Below, piece by piece: positions 1 to 9,111 of a stretch of 64,000 bases of DNA. The position numbers and the translations under genes were made by a program. This DNA is from a virus (lineage: Duplodnaviria; Caudoviricetes), in the IMG/VR virus record IMGVR_UViG_3300032328_000860, positions 128,001 through 192,000 of that record. The stretch is one strand, 5' to 3'. The stretch's first letter is position 1. Every line of letters begins with the position of its first letter. The notes under the pieces were generated by a model. The model worked only from the letters and a program-made list of their open reading frames with translations, made no database searches and was not told the DNA's origin.

Positions 1-35
1 GGCGAAAAGTGTTTGATTGTTATAAGGACTAAATA

Positions 36-323
36 ATGGAATGGTTTAACTCTCATAAGAATCCGCCAGAAGTTGGGCAGAAGATTTATTACTTTGGTCC
101 CAATATTGGTATAGGGATTGGTACTTATAAATATGAAGAACGAGCCATTAAAAGCACTAAGGGCAATAAAGATATAGAACTTTGTCCACATATTTTTGTG
201 AATACATATTGGGGCGTAGTAGATGCTTGTGATGCTCCATTCTGGTTGCCTTACAATGAGGAACGAGCAAAGAGTTGGTGTCCAATTATTCCAGAAGAAT
301 ATACTAAGGGGTTGTATGACTAA
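36..323 (+). CDS. hypothetical phage protein
   Basis: 95-aa ORF with AAGGA RBS. Confidence 0.6.
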   Translation: MEWFNSHKNPPEVGQKIYYFGPNIGIGIGTYKYEERAIKSTKGNKDIELCPHIFVNTYWGVVDACDAPFWLPYNEERAKSWCPIIPEEYTKGLYD

Positions 324-585
324 CGATAGAGAAAAGGCCATGATCTATATTCTTAGTTTTTTTAAGAGCAGAATGGCCGCTGCGAATAAGCATAATGTAG
401 ATAGGACTAAAGAACTTATTTCTACTCATCAGATTACGATGAATGAACTTGTGGACAAATATGTGGAGTTAGTTTATGAAAATTCTTAGTGATATTTGCC
501 AGTGTGGCGAAAATAATGATATGGCCTATAGGCTAGATGATCGTGGGGTGTGGTGGTATTGGTGTGGAACTTGTGGCTGGTGGCA

Positions 586-667
586 CCTAAGTGATTGGAA
601 ATAAAGGACTTAGGAGCAGGGCGGCGGGGCGGATTCGTCGTAAGTGCTTACGTATCAATGACTTAGG
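586..667. repeat. 82-bp paired-dyad element, copy 1
   Basis: CCTAAGT-N15-ACTTAGG, 24-bp GC-rich linker, CGTAAGT-N15-ACTTAGG. Confidence 0.9.
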
Positions 668-685
668 ATTTTTTAAAGATTACCC

Positions 686-714
686 TTGACAATATCCGAT
701 AATAGAGGTATACT
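686..714 (+). promoter_or_regulatory. sigma70-type promoter with CCGAT in spacer
   Basis: TTGACA-17-TATACT directly downstream of paired dyad. Confidence 0.8.
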
Positions 715-806
715 AGAACACGATAAGTAGATGAGGGCCGCTGGCAGAATGATATCAAAGAAGCCACGGTTAAATGCAAGGCCGAGTATGGCATAACCCA
801 ATCTAT

Positions 807-853
807 TTGTCTTGCCTAATCCTACGGATTTGGATAGAGTGGATGTAGTCAGC
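807..853 (+). repeat. 47-bp asymmetric motif, copy 1
   Basis: TTGTCT-N3-CTAAT-N5-GGATTTG-N7-TG-N4-TAGTCAGC. Confidence 0.85.
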
Positions 854-872
854 GAAAATAAGGGAACTATTT

Positions 873-1268
873 ATGCAGTGTCGTGCTATTGCTGTTGGGA
901 TGATTGAGGAAACGTATAACACATATAAGAATGAGTGGTCTGTTGATGGAAGTCTATTTAGCGAACTGAATAAGTTTGATATTCCTGTTTGGAATAATAT
1001 GAACAGTGATACTAAGCGGGCTGCTATAGAGTACGTTTACCAAAATCGCAATACTATCGAACTACACTCTGGGGAGGTTGAGTCTTGGGTACAGGCTACA
1101 GCCTATTTTATGATTATGAATTTTGCTTGGCTTTTTAATCCTAATGGTGAAGTTGATATTGAAATCTTTTTCGATGATATGGACTTTATGATGGACGAGG
1201 ATGTTCTAACGGATAGCGACGTTCAAGAGCAGATGGGTATTCGAAAAAATTTCACGGATAAGTTTTAA
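873..1268 (+). CDS. hypothetical protein
   Basis: 131-aa ORF with RBS. Confidence 0.6.
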   Translation: MQCRAIAVGMIEETYNTYKNEWSVDGSLFSELNKFDIPVWNNMNSDTKRAAIEYVYQNRNTIELHSGEVESWVQATAYFMIMNFAWLFNPNGEVDIEIFFDDMDFMMDEDVLTDSDVQEQMGIRKNFTDKF

Positions 1269-1533
1269 AGGTCTTGACAACGATTGGTCGATAAGGTATA
1301 GTAGTAGCACAGAGGTGATTTATGTTTAAAGTAGTTGTTTGTGGTGGCCCGTATGACGGGGAAGTTATTGGTAATGATGGATGGATTTCATTCTCTGCTA
1401 CCCCGACATATCGTTTCGATAGTTATTCCGATGCTCAAGAGTTTATTGATAGCCGAAGTGCTAGAACAGCAGATGGTGATTATGGTATTGGTGCAACACT
1501 AAATATTGATGAAATAGATGGAGATATCTATTA

Positions 1534-2022
1534 ATGAAACCTAGACCACCACATGCCGAAGTGCGATTTCATCTCAGCCAAGGTGATCATTATATGCACT
1601 GGCAAGTTAAGGTGAAGCAAGGTGGGAGGACTATTGATGTCTATTATTATGACCCTAAAGAATATCAGTTAGAAATGAGGGGTTGTAAGTTATGGAACAG
1701 GCCGAATAAGGCTAAACAGGTATTTGAGGCTGGGGTGCATGATGTGAGTGGATGGGTTAGATGTAATGAGTTTATGTTGCGTAAGGATTTTTATCCCTCT
1801 TTGCCTGTTGACAATCTGGAAAAGTTGTATTATAATCCAATTCGTGACCCACACTGGCGACGAGAAAGCGATAACAATGAGTTCATTTGGGACAATAGCG
1901 AATATGATACCTTGATTACTGATGGTAAACAGGTATATGTCCTAGAAGAACGAAACGGAAATTTTGACGGTATTTACGAGATCGAACCTAAATATACAGA
2001 AAGTTTTGGAATATATGATTAA
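1534..2022 (+). CDS. hypothetical phage protein
   Basis: 162-aa ORF coupled to 1322..1534. Confidence 0.6.
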   Translation: MKPRPPHAEVRFHLSQGDHYMHWQVKVKQGGRTIDVYYYDPKEYQLEMRGCKLWNRPNKAKQVFEAGVHDVSGWVRCNEFMLRKDFYPSLPVDNLEKLYYNPIRDPHWRRESDNNEFIWDNSEYDTLITDGKQVYVLEERNGNFDGIYEIEPKYTESFGIYD

Positions 2023-2395
2023 GTTGGAACTGACGGTGCGTGAGTCTATGAATCTGGCTACCAGTTGGGCATACAATAACGATATCGAATTGTATCACAA
2101 AATCGTGAACGCTTTTGAGGCTGCTTTGGGCGTGAATCAGCGTCGGAGGGTGACGATCACTGGCGGTATGAGTACGGATAACCGTATCATGTGCATCAAG
2201 AGCATTCGTGAGCACACCGGATGGGGCTTGAAGGAGAGCAAGGATTGGACTGACGTTATCGTTGGTCATTATGACTCTTATGGTGTGTGGATCAACGGTG
2301 GAGACAAGAACACTGTGCTTCTGAAAACGCCACAAGCGGCAGAGCAACTGCTGCGCGAGCTGGTTGAGCGGGGTTGTGAGGGTTTTATCTCTTGA
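2015..2395 (+). CDS. ribosomal protein bL12 (L7/L12) C-terminal-domain-containing protein
   Basis: RIMCIKSIREHTGWGLKESKD matches bL12 KIxVIKxVRxxTGLGLKEAKD; C-terminal AEQLLRELVERG helix. Confidence 0.75.
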   Translation: MIKLELTVRESMNLATSWAYNNDIELYHKIVNAFEAALGVNQRRRVTITGGMSTDNRIMCIKSIREHTGWGLKESKDWTDVIVGHYDSYGVWINGGDKNTVLLKTPQAAEQLLRELVERGCEGFIS

Positions 2396-2477
2396 CCTAA
2401 AGCCTTGTCCCTAAAGAACTTAGGGCGAGGCGGGCCGGCCCGATTTGACGTAAGTGCTTATCCCATAACGACTTAGG
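2396..2477. repeat. 82-bp paired-dyad element, copy 2
   Basis: same 29+24+29 geometry; promoter TTGACA..TAGAAT at 2517-2545. Confidence 0.9.
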
Positions 2478-2677
2478 AACACTAAAAATTTTTTGAGGCT
2501 ATCTCAAGTTTGCGGCTTGACAATGCCGATACTATACTGTAGAATGATAGAGTACGAAGCAAGACGCTGCCACGAAGCCAACAATAGAAACCCTCATGGC
2601 ACTCTTGACAAGTAGGTATCTGTAGAGTATACTGATACTATAACGATTGGAACTGTAACACTTTTGGAGAATGTAAC

Positions 2678-2929
2678 ATGAAAAAGTTTTCTTTTGTTGT
2701 TGATGTGGTTGCTGATGATCTTGACCGTGAAGTTGTGACCGATTCGATTCGTTCGTGCCTGAGTGATACTCTGCCGGGTGACGTTCATGCGAATGTCAAG
2801 GCCGGTGAGGTCAAGGCGTTCAGCGAGCAGGGCTATAAGGTGTGGCGTGCCCGCGTCACGGGTGTGACTGCCGAGCAGGCCGGTGATGCTCACGATAGCA
2901 AGGTTGAGAAGGAAACTGTCGAGGCTTGA
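2678..2929 (+). CDS. hypothetical protein (GC-richer, probably early)
   Basis: GGAG RBS, upstream TTGACA/TATACT promoter. Confidence 0.7.
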   Translation: MKKFSFVVDVVADDLDREVVTDSIRSCLSDTLPGDVHANVKAGEVKAFSEQGYKVWRARVTGVTAEQAGDAHDSKVEKETVEA

Positions 2930-2975
2930 ACTTGAAATAACTGGACTATGCCAGTATAAATAGATTTTAGGCATA

Positions 2976-3180
2976 GTGCGGCGGGGTCAAACCCGCGTAA
3001 TGATGGTTAGTTGCAAGACTAAAAGGTGCAACTTAGAGGGTCTAACCAACCAGATAAGTCGGGTGGTTCCGTCGAAGTTATCGACCTCTAGCGTATATAC
3101 TAATGACGATGGTAAGACGATAACGCCATCAAACCGTATAGCCTACATGGGACGCCATGTGGGCTTGCGGCGTTGAGTGG
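2976..3180 (+). ncRNA. candidate structured ncRNA
   Basis: series of GC-rich hairpins in an AT-rich genome, between a CDS and tRNA-Arg. Confidence 0.4.
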
Positions 3181-3201
3181 GTTCTGTTATAATATCGACA
3201 C

Positions 3202-3273
3202 GGCCCCATAGTTAAATGGATATAACAAGTGCCTTCTAAGCACTGGTTAGAGGTTCGATTCCTCTTGGGGCTA
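3202..3273 (+). tRNA. tRNA-Arg(TCT)
   Basis: cloverleaf; AGTGC-CTTCTAA-GCACT; GTTCGA T-loop. Confidence 0.93.
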
Positions 3274-3328
3274 TTATGAATAATCACGCAGAAACGACCG
3301 AACAATTCTTAAAAGCTTGTGAGCTTCT

Positions 3329-3410
3329 CCTAAGTTCTTTACGCATAAAGACTTAGGGCAAAAGCGGCCGGCCCGATTCGACGTAAGTGCTTACCACACA
3401 ACGACTTACG
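3329..3410. repeat. 82-bp paired-dyad element, copy 3
   Basis: CCTAAGT-N15-ACTTAGG / CGTAAGT-N15-ACTTACG; promoter at 3440-3467. Confidence 0.9.
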
Positions 3411-3488
3411 ATTAAATTTTCTCTGCTAAAGTTTCTCTCTTGACTTGTCGATAATATAGTGTAGAATCGGTAGACACAGGAGAAGAAT

Positions 3489-4199
3489 ATGAAAACGGCA
3501 AATGGTAACGATAAGTTGGGTAAGGAAAACTGTATCGTAGTGAGTCGTCCGGTTGGTGATACTTGTCCTCCCGATTGTGATTTTCTCGGTAATGGTTGCT
3601 ATGCCGAGGATTTGGAAAATATCTATCCCGGTGTTCGTCCTGCTGCTATGCAAAATCTTATCACGGAAAAAAACCGTATCCGTGCGATGCTCGTAGATGC
3701 TGTCAAGAAAAATAAAGATGTTCGCTGGCATGAACGTGGCGACTTTTTTAAAGACGGTCAACTCGACAATGAATATGTCGATAATGTATTGTGGGCTTGT
3801 GAGAGTATTCTTGCTAGTGGTGGTAGTCTGCCGACCATGTGGGCTTATACCCATATCTATGATACTCGCTTGTCTACTGAACTTGGCAAGTACATAAATA
3901 TGTATGCTAGTATCCACGATGGCGAAGATATGAAACAAGCCAAGGTCGCTGGTTTCAAGCATTTCGCATGGTGTGATAGTGATACCAAAATCGCACCCAA
4001 GCGTCCGCGTAGCAAGGCCAAGGCCGATGCTTGGCGAGCAGCGTTGCCGAAGCTGGTTGTGTTGGAGGGTGAGAAGTTTATTACTTGTCCAGAAATTCGT
4101 CGTGGTCGCGGTGTCGTGACTTGCACCAAAACCAAAAATAGTGTACATTGTGATTTGTGTCCGCGTGGTTTGGCTAATGTCTTGTTTCCCTCCCACTAA
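3489..4199 (+). CDS. Gp88-like Cys-rich (putative Fe-S) phage protein
   Basis: TCPPDC..GCYA, RWHERGDF and WAYTH motifs; C-terminal CxxC. Confidence 0.55.
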   Translation: MKTANGNDKLGKENCIVVSRPVGDTCPPDCDFLGNGCYAEDLENIYPGVRPAAMQNLITEKNRIRAMLVDAVKKNKDVRWHERGDFFKDGQLDNEYVDNVLWACESILASGGSLPTMWAYTHIYDTRLSTELGKYINMYASIHDGEDMKQAKVAGFKHFAWCDSDTKIAPKRPRSKAKADAWRAALPKLVVLEGEKFITCPEIRRGRGVVTCTKTKNSVHCDLCPRGLANVLFPSH

Positions 4200-4208
4200 G
4201 AGAATATA

Positions 4209-4820
4209 ATGCCTACTAAATATAGCTATGTTGGAAAGTATGCCGATGGTGGAAGCCAAAACTCTTTTTATAAGGTAAGGGGTAAGGGTTATGGATTTAA
4301 AGGTTTTCCGAATAAGAGTTTGGCTACTTTTGCCCATGCGGTACAATCACACCTAGCACCATTGTCTGCCCCCCAGGTTCATAGTCCGGTTTGTAGGATT
4401 AGAGTTCCTAACTATTTTGTTAAGCAGAATAAAAAAGGAGAGATGATTACGGTTACGGAAATGGTATTGAGCGATTGGGGATATTTGACCGAAATCGCTA
4501 AACCATACCGTTGTCCTAGTAGTATTGATTGCTATGGTGATTGTGGTCATTGTACTGATTGTGGTAATTATTATCTTGTACAAGATTTGCTGAGTGATAT
4601 GGAAGATAATGGTATACTTTATACTGATGCCCATACAAAGAATCTGGGCTATGTTACCAGAGATAACGACAAACTATTGGTTGCTATTGATTTTGGTCGA
4701 GAAAGTTTAACTCCGATTAACGAAAAAGACTGGCCCGAAGTTTGTTGGGATGGTGCAGAAGAAGCGTACTGTAACTGTGAAGCTTGCTGTGGACAATATG
4801 AGGAGCCCGAATATGTCTAA
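4209..4820 (+). CDS. minimal protein-kinase-like protein
   Basis: DAHTKN catalytic-loop-like motif, IDFG motif, Gly-rich N-terminal loop. Confidence 0.65.
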   Translation: MPTKYSYVGKYADGGSQNSFYKVRGKGYGFKGFPNKSLATFAHAVQSHLAPLSAPQVHSPVCRIRVPNYFVKQNKKGEMITVTEMVLSDWGYLTEIAKPYRCPSSIDCYGDCGHCTDCGNYYLVQDLLSDMEDNGILYTDAHTKNLGYVTRDNDKLLVAIDFGRESLTPINEKDWPEVCWDGAEEAYCNCEACCGQYEEPEYV

Positions 4821-5053
4821 GTATTATATTAAAAGTAACACACTAGAGTTAATTTATTCTACTAATAAAAGTCCTCTTGAGGCGGCTTGTGATGCTCTGT
4901 GGGAATTGAACGATTTTGACGTATTAGATGAACATTTCTATATTGATGAAAGAGGATTTAAAGATTATTCAACAGCATTACCAGACACTAAAGTAATTAC
5001 CACAGAAAAAGTGATGAAAAAAGCTGGCTGGACTATGGAGAAATAAGATATAG

Positions 5054-5135
5054 CGTAAACCCTTGCTGCACAAAGACTTACGTGCAGCGGGGCCGGCCAA
5101 ATTTGTCGTAAGTTGTTTGGCCGCAAAGACTTAGA
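5054..5135. repeat. 82-bp paired-dyad element, copy 4
   Basis: CGTAAAC-N15-ACTTACG / CGTAAGT-N15-ACTTAGA, 24-bp linker. Confidence 0.88.
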
Positions 5136-5176
5136 ACCGATTAAAGATTTTCAGTCCGAATGTCGATAATTCTTCT

Positions 5177-5557
5177 GTGGGACAGAAAAGACTCTTGACA
5201 CGGAATGAACGTATGATACAATGGATTGGTGTAGCTATAGCTTTAGTGGGTTTCTTGTGGAATGGCATAAAGGACTATCAAAAGGGTGAAATTAAGTTGC
5301 CCTCTTTGCCACAAAAACAAGAGTTGACAAAAGTAATTTATCCGATACAATACTGCTTAATGGCGTATGATCCTAACGTAGATAAAGTTTTCTATAAACA
5401 CGAAGATGGGTTATGGTATGAGTTTCCACCGACACAGCGAAAATATCAAGATCAAGGTCAAGAAGCCGTGGCAATTGTCAACGGGACATCGGCAAGACCG
5501 CAGCGATACTACTATGGACAATCGGCCCAAGCGTCAGCGAACACGCAGCGGTATTGA
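5177..5557 (+). CDS. hypothetical membrane-anchored protein
   Basis: hydrophobic WIGVAIALVGFLW segment; start uncertain. Confidence 0.5.
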   Translation: MGQKRLLTRNERMIQWIGVAIALVGFLWNGIKDYQKGEIKLPSLPQKQELTKVIYPIQYCLMAYDPNVDKVFYKHEDGLWYEFPPTQRKYQDQGQEAVAIVNGTSARPQRYYYGQSAQASANTQRY

Positions 5558-5648
5558 CAAAAGTTGGCGTAAAGAGTATGATATATAGTCGTGTCTACCC
5601 ATGTGGATAGAGCGATCTGGGTTCGTTAGAGATAGCGAACCTTGCAGT

Positions 5649-5721
5649 GCCGGTATAACTCAGTTAGCAGAGTGTCAAATTTGTAATTTGAATGTCGTGG
5701 GTGCAAATCCTACTACCGGCT
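5649..5721 (+). tRNA. tRNA-Thr(TGT)
   Basis: GCCGGTA/TACCGGC acceptor; TCAAA-TTTGTAA-TTTGA. Confidence 0.9.
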
Positions 5722-5774
5722 TTATGAGTCGAAAGAATATGAACAAAGGTAATGGTAGAGAATGTAGAAGATGA

Positions 5775-5846
5775 TCCGGAGTGGTGAAACTGGTATCACA
5801 AAAGGTTTTGGCCCTTTTATTTCTGGATCGTACCCAGACTCCGGAA
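5775..5846 (+). tRNA. tRNA-Gln(TTG)
   Basis: TCCGGAG/CTCCGGA; AAAGG-TTTTGGC-CCTTT. Confidence 0.88.
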
Positions 5847-5851
5847 TTTGA

Positions 5852-5933
5852 TGCTCGGTGGCGAAATTGATAAACGCAGTTGACTGTTAATCAACCGTCG
5901 AAAGACTTGCTGGTTTGAGTCCAGCCCGAGCAG
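5852..5933 (+). tRNA. tRNA-Asn(GTT) with long variable arm
   Basis: TGCTCGG/CCGAGCA; GTTGA-CTGTTAA-TCAAC; variable arm GTC-GAAA-GAC. Confidence 0.88.
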
Positions 5934-5936
5934 CTT

Positions 5937-6023
5937 GGAATGTAGGCAGATATCGGCTCGCTGCACAGCTTTGCTAAAGCTGGCCGGGTAAAACCGGTGA
6001 AAGTTCGACTCTTTCACATTCCG
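5937..6023 (+). tRNA. tRNA-Ser(GCT)
   Basis: GGAATGT/ACATTCC; CAGCT-TTGCTAA-AGCTG; long variable arm. Confidence 0.92.
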
Positions 6024-6028
6024 TTTTT

Positions 6029-6099
6029 ATTGGCGTAGTTCAATAGTAGAATAACTGTCTCCAAAACAGTAGATGGTGGTGCAATTCCACCCGCCTTTG
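6029..6099 (+). tRNA. tRNA-Trp(CCA), imperfect acceptor stem
   Basis: ACTGT-CTCCAAA-ACAGT; acceptor ATTGGCG/CGCCTTT has two U-U mismatches. Confidence 0.8.
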
Positions 6100-6111
6100 C
6101 TTAATAAGTTT

Positions 6112-6182
6112 GCGTGTGTAGTTCAATGGTAGAACCTTTGATTTCCAATCAAATGACGAGAGTTCGATTCTCTCTACACGCT
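6112..6182 (+). tRNA. tRNA-Gly(TCC)
   Basis: GCGTGTG/TACACGC; TTTGA-TTTCCAA-TCAAA. Confidence 0.93.
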
Positions 6183-6243
6183 TCAAAAACTAAAGACTGG
6201 TCTTGACTCTGGACGATAGGTGTATTAGAATAGATCACAATAC

Positions 6244-6318
6244 ACTGCGTGTGCTCGCCGGTAGTGGGCATCAGGCTTATATCCTGAGTAAGAGGGGGTT
6301 CGACTCCCCAACGCAGTA
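6244..6318 (+). tRNA. tRNA-Ile(TAT), atypical
   Basis: ACTGCGT/ACGCAGT; TCAGG-CTTATAT-CCTGA; TTCGACT T-loop. Confidence 0.8.
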
Positions 6319-6406
6319 TTTTTATGTGACGGAGGCTGACGTTAGAGTTACGAATACCAGTTGTGTTGCGAGGTGTCTGGGCTTAAATTAAAACATCTCG
6401 CTTTAT

Positions 6407-6478
6407 GGCCCCATAGTATAATAGTTAGTATACCGGGCTTTCATCCCGGAGATCTGGGAGCATAACCCAGTGGGGTCA
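6407..6478 (+). tRNA. tRNA-Glu(TTC)
   Basis: GGCCCCA/TGGGGTC; CCGGG-CTTTCAT-CCCGG. Confidence 0.88.
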
Positions 6479-7030
6479 TTTTTTACTCTCTGTATATTCT
6501 ATTACCTCTCTGCATAGTTGAATATATTCATCATAAGTTAATTCTGTTTTAGAAAGATTAGCTATTCTGCAAGCTATTTGACAATTATCTAAACTATTAT
6601 CCCCTCCTTTAGATTTGGGTATGATATGATCTAAATGATATGATTTTGAATCATTCAAATCTATATTTCTTCCTGTTAAATAGCATTTAGGATTTGTACC
6701 TATTTTCTCTAAGAGATCTTTTGGCTTAAACATAGGTTTACCAACTCCGAACTTTCTAATTTTAGATGATAGTTTTTGTTCTATAGTTTTAATTTTAAAA
6801 GAATATTTATTATTGTCATTTTTTTTAGTTGAATAAAATTTATATATTTTGTTATTTAAGATGTGAGAATCTTTATAGGATTTATTTCTTGTTAATGTCT
6901 TAATTTTTTGATTAGCACCACAATAATAAGAAACAGTGCCTTTAGAACAATTAAGTTTAGAAGCTATATAGCTGTATGTATGGTTTTGACTTCTTAAGAA
7001 GAAGATTTTATCAGCTAATTTATCTTTCAT
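6476..7030 (-). CDS. HNH homing endonuclease
   Basis: N-terminal HTH; LDHIIPKSKGGDNSLDNCQIACRIANLSK. Confidence 0.9.
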   Translation of the reverse strand: MKDKLADKIFFLRSQNHTYSYIASKLNCSKGTVSYYCGANQKIKTLTRNKSYKDSHILNNKIYKFYSTKKNDNNKYSFKIKTIEQKLSSKIRKFGVGKPMFKPKDLLEKIGTNPKCYLTGRNIDLNDSKSYHLDHIIPKSKGGDNSLDNCQIACRIANLSKTELTYDEYIQLCREVIEYTESKK

Positions 7031-7323
7031 AGTTCAAATCCTTAATTATTAATACACCAAAAGTTTCGGATTCGCTCAAGTTTTTTCTTGACAAAGCCGA
7101 TTCTAGTGTTAGAATGACAACCATCACCACTACCAACTAGGAAAAAATCATGAAAAATGTTCATATTTATGATATTTTGAATAGTGAAGGTCAAACTCTT
7201 GCTGATCTTATTATTCCTATGGATAGTTCTGATTTTACTTACCTTGAAGTTTTTGATAAGGTTCAAAATGCCTATTTGAATGATGTTGATAGTTATAGCT
7301 ATAGCGTGATTGAATAAATAGTT

Positions 7324-7396
7324 GGGCCTCTAGCTCAATTGGCAGAGCAAGGAGCTTTTAACTCTTAGGTTCGGGGTTCGAGTCCCCGGGGGCCCA
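7324..7396 (+). tRNA. tRNA-Lys(TTT)
   Basis: canonical cloverleaf; AGGAG-CTTTTAA-CTCTT. Confidence 0.95.
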
Positions 7397-7417
7397 CTTA
7401 ATAGATTTGGTACATTT

Positions 7418-7918
7418 ATGAAATCGTTAAATGAAATGGAAATTGAAGAAGTTCGCAATACCGATGGCGGAATCATTCAAGGAGCTAGCCATACTTGTCA
7501 TGTATTGAATCATAAGATCAGAAATAAGATTATAATTAAGGCTGTATGTGATCTTCGAAAGATTAGTAAAGACTTTGATAGTATTGTTTGTTGTGGCGTA
7601 AGCGGTTTGATGGTTGTGCCGCAAATTGCTGAGATTATTAACAAAAATATTTTGGTGGTACGCAAAGATGAAAGAAGATATAGCAATTTTACAACTGAGG
7701 GGGTTGCTCCTTTTAGGTACGTGATTATTGACGATCTTATTTGCTCTGGAAATACTATAAAGCATATTACTTCCACACTTAAAGAAGAATATCCTAGATC
7801 TAGATGTATAGGTATTTACTGTTATCTTCCACAAGAAACAGTATTCAAACCAGATACGGAAGGATCTAAAATCTGTGAAAAGAGATTTGGGTCGCCGCTC
7901 CTAAACCTAGACCACTAA
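7418..7918 (+). CDS. type I phosphoribosyltransferase-family protein
   Basis: PRPP-binding loop YVIIDDLICSGNT. Confidence 0.85.
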   Translation: MKSLNEMEIEEVRNTDGGIIQGASHTCHVLNHKIRNKIIIKAVCDLRKISKDFDSIVCCGVSGLMVVPQIAEIINKNILVVRKDERRYSNFTTEGVAPFRYVIIDDLICSGNTIKHITSTLKEEYPRSRCIGIYCYLPQETVFKPDTEGSKICEKRFGSPLLNLDH

Positions 7919-7981
7919 AGGACTTAGGACGAAGGCGGGCGGCCCGGTTTGACGTAAGTGCTTTGCTCTCAACAACTTACG
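7900..7981. repeat. 82-bp paired-dyad element, copy 5
   Basis: CCTAAAC-N15-ACTTAGG / CGTAAGT-N15-ACTTACG; promoter 8012-8039. Confidence 0.9.
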
Positions 7982-8082
7982 ACACAAGAAATTTTTTCGC
8001 AAGTTTAGCTGTTGACAGGCCGATAATCTATGATAGAATCAGCGTATCAGAGTGAGAAACAGATAACACGAAAGGGTCGATT

Positions 8083-9030
8083 ATGCCTGCTATGGTTGAA
8101 AAGATGATGTTTGTTGGTGCTACCCCCTGGCATGGTGAGGGTACGCAGTTGGATGAGAATCCGTCCATCAGCGATGCTATTGTTGCCGCTGGTCTGGATT
8201 GGGAAGTTGGTACTAAGCCGTTGTTTACTGCGGAAGGTACTCCGGTTAATGCCAAGGCTACCTATCGTAAGGATGATAATCGCGTGTTGGGTGTTGTGGG
8301 GCCACGTTATACCCCGCTCCAGAATCAGGATGCGTTCGATTGGTTTCAGCCGTTCCTCGACGCTAGCGAGTGCCAACTGCACACTGCCGGTTCGCTCAGT
8401 GAGGGCGAAAAGGTTTGGGTGTTGGCTCAACTCAACCGTGCGAACAGCGAAATTGTTCGTGGCGACGAGGTGAGTAAGTTTATTCTGCTGTCGAATAGTC
8501 ACGATGGTACAACGTCGATCCGCGTCGGATATACTCCGATTCGGGTGGTCTGCGTCAATACTCTCGCGGCTGCTCATAATAGTAAGGATAGTCAGCTTAT
8601 CCGTATTCGTCATACTCGTTCCAGTAAAGTTAATCTGGAAAACGTGCGTGATATTATGGACAATATTAATGTGCAGTTTGAAGCGACTGCGGAACAGTAT
8701 CGGTTCCTCGCGTCGAAAGACTTTAATCAGAACGATATTCAGAAGTATGTTAAGGTTATGCTTGGAATTGATAAGACCCCGGAAGAGGATATCAAGACTC
8801 GCACCAGAAATATCATGGACGAGATTCTTGCACTGGTCGAAGGCCCGCACCAGAGTGCTGCCGGAGTTCGTGGAACTTGGTGGGCCGCTTATAACGGCTA
8901 CAATGAGTACCTTAATTACAATAAGGGTCGAACGGTGAGCAACCGCCTTGACTCTCTGTGGTTCGGTCAGAATGGTGCTGATAATCTTAAGGCTCTTAAT
9001 ACTGCCGTGGATTTTGCGAACGCTGTCTGA
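8083..9030 (+). CDS. DUF932-family (phage/plasmid-like) protein
   Basis: PWHGEG, AGLDWEV, YTPLQN, NSHDG, PIRVVCxNT, GTWWAAYN motifs. Confidence 0.9.
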   Translation: MPAMVEKMMFVGATPWHGEGTQLDENPSISDAIVAAGLDWEVGTKPLFTAEGTPVNAKATYRKDDNRVLGVVGPRYTPLQNQDAFDWFQPFLDASECQLHTAGSLSEGEKVWVLAQLNRANSEIVRGDEVSKFILLSNSHDGTTSIRVGYTPIRVVCVNTLAAAHNSKDSQLIRIRHTRSSKVNLENVRDIMDNINVQFEATAEQYRFLASKDFNQNDIQKYVKVMLGIDKTPEEDIKTRTRNIMDEILALVEGPHQSAAGVRGTWWAAYNGYNEYLNYNKGRTVSNRLDSLWFGQNGADNLKALNTAVDFANAV

Positions 9031-9052
9031 TCTTTTCTTGTCACGATGAAAA

Positions 9053-9094
9053 GGGGAAGCCGCCGTAGGGGAAACTCTGCGGCGGTTCTCTTTT
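9053..9094 (+). terminator. intrinsic terminator
   Basis: GCCGCCGTAGGG-GAAA-CTCTGCGGCGGT followed by T-run. Confidence 0.8.
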
Positions 9095-9111
9095 ATCAAA
9101 ACGGGAATTGA

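Noticed and set aside
733-800. Possible riboswitch after promoter 686-714
   Set aside because: Only one modest stem and no family I can recognise; insufficient support.
3426-4346. 306-aa minus-strand ORF
   Set aside because: Antisense shadow of 3489..4199, which has the promoter, RBS and motifs.
5817-6391. Small ORFs 5817..6017 and 6203..6391
   Set aside because: They overlap well-formed tRNA genes.
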